Assembly (NCBI GenBank): GCA_004022145.1
Contig: RCNU01000003.1
Length of the DNA: 64,000 nucleotides
From: Paecilomyces variotii
Lineage: Eukaryota
Reading direction: 5' to 3' (one strand)
The first letter of the stretch is position 1, and each line of letters starts with the position of its first letter. The notes below the pieces were generated by a model. It was not told the DNA's origin. It saw nothing but the letters and a program-made list of their open reading frames with translations, and searched no databases. Positions 62,635 through 64,000 of the stretch are shown one piece after another. The translations under genes and the position numbers were made by a program.

Positions 62635-64000
62635 ATGGCTCCACTACAGTTCGACGCAGACGGCAACGGGACAGGCGCCCCGATCGCCGAAGTATCCAGC
62701 CATGTCTCTATGCCTACGAAGCGACAACGATGGGCGACCACGCGTATGCCCGCATCGGGGGGCATGAAGAAACGAGTCTCGATCATCGATCGCTTCCATA
62801 AACGAGGGGCTTCGAAGGATGAGAAACGGAAGTCTGGCTCAAGCACGTTGCCTCCCGTCAATGAATCGTCAAGTGAAGACACCCAGGATCCGGAGGCTCC
62901 TGCGAGGAGAGTGTATTTCAACATCCCGGTTCCAGACGAGGAGAAAGACGAGGAGGGCCTCATTAAGGCTAATTACCCTCGAAATAAGGTTCGGACTGCA
63001 AAGTATACGCCGTTAACTTTCGTCCCCAAAAATATCTGGTTCCAGTTCCACAATATCGCGAACATTTACTTCCTTTTCATCATTATCCTAGGCGTAAGTC
63101 TACATCTTAGTGAGATCTGCATCATGTATAATGTACTGACCAACATTGCAAGTTTTTCCCTATCTTCGGAGCTGATAACCCTGGTATGAATGCGGTTCCT
63201 CTAATCGTTATCGTGGTGGTCACTGCGTTCAAGGATGCGATCGAAGATTGGCGACGTACCGTGTTGGACAACGAAGTGAACAACTCGCCGGTATATCGCC
63301 TGGTTGAGTGGAATAATGTCAACTCTGTTGAGGATAACGTTTCCTTATGGCGCCGGATTAAGAAAGCGACAACTCGCGGTGTTGTTTTCACCTATCGGAA
63401 ACTCTCATCGCTCTCACGAAAGAAACAGCCGTCCAATGACTTCGAGGATGAGAGAGAACCAGCCAACGATCCGCGGGTTTCGATGTACTCTCAACGCCAG
63501 TCGATGTACTCTCAGCGCCAGTCGATGTACGCCCCTGCCGGTGAAGAGGAAGGGCGGGAAGCCATTCAGATGACACCGGTTCCATCTCCCGTTCCCGACA
63601 CTCTCCGCCCTCCTCAGGAAAGTTGGGCTATGGATTCGGCCGTTGACGATGGCCATCTTCAACAACCCGGCAGAATTGACCGCCAGAGTCTCCTGGCAGC
63701 CCCTAAAAAGGTTGGTAGCATCATTAACAGGACGAAGCAGACACCGGGAAAGGCTAGGTTCAAGCGCGATTACTGGAAAAACGTCCAGGTTGGAGATTTC
63801 GTGCGTATCTACAATGATGAGCCGATTCCAGCTGATATTATCATTTTGTCTACCTCTGACCCTGATGGTGCATGCTACGTGGAAACGAAGAGTCTGGATG
63901 GTGAGACCAACCTCAAAGTTCGGCACGCTCTTCACTGTGGACGCGAAGTCAAGCATGCTCGGGATTGTGAAAAGGCCGAATTTGTCATCGATAGTGAACC
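62635..64000 (+). CDS. dnfA: P4-ATPase phospholipid flippase Dnf1/Dnf2 type, 5' part (intron 63094-63152; 3'-truncated by window)
   Basis: [92 protein letters not shown] (actuator DGET). Confidence 0.93.

Noticed and set aside
1-64000. tRNA, rRNA, CRISPR arrays, autonomous transposons
   Set aside because: None recognised by eye; tRNAscan-SE and RepeatMasker would be needed to exclude them.

Overview
Fungal genomic DNA with spliced genes, most likely Eurotiales (a non-Aspergillus member such as Paecilomyces/Rasamsonia/Talaromyces is my inference). The conserved backbone runs: partial GMC oxidoreductase, Mpv17/PMP22 protein, cytochrome P450, RQT4, SGF11, Naa50-like GNAT, ferric reductase, RRP43, signal peptide peptidase, PPIL1 cyclophilin, Rab escort protein, GT31 galactofuranosyltransferase (gfsA-like), tetraspanin PLS1, MADS-box mcmA/MCM1, NIPA/DUF803 protein, VMA4, a possible Nse6/SLF2-like gene and the 5' part of flippase dnfA. 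Three things stand out. (1) A ~5.2 kb accessory island between RQT4 and SGF11: two diverged ~200 bp direct repeats bracket an intact SRPK-like kinase, followed by a RIP-destroyed APH/kinase-like gene and a small convergent degraded ORF. (2) A dual-guide box C/D snoRNA in the last intron of the Rab escort gene, matching the snR62 LSU site plus a second SSU site. (3) A retained PLS1 tetraspanin with repeated HMG-box-type ATCAAAG motifs upstream. All calls come from reading the sequence by hand; no searches were run.
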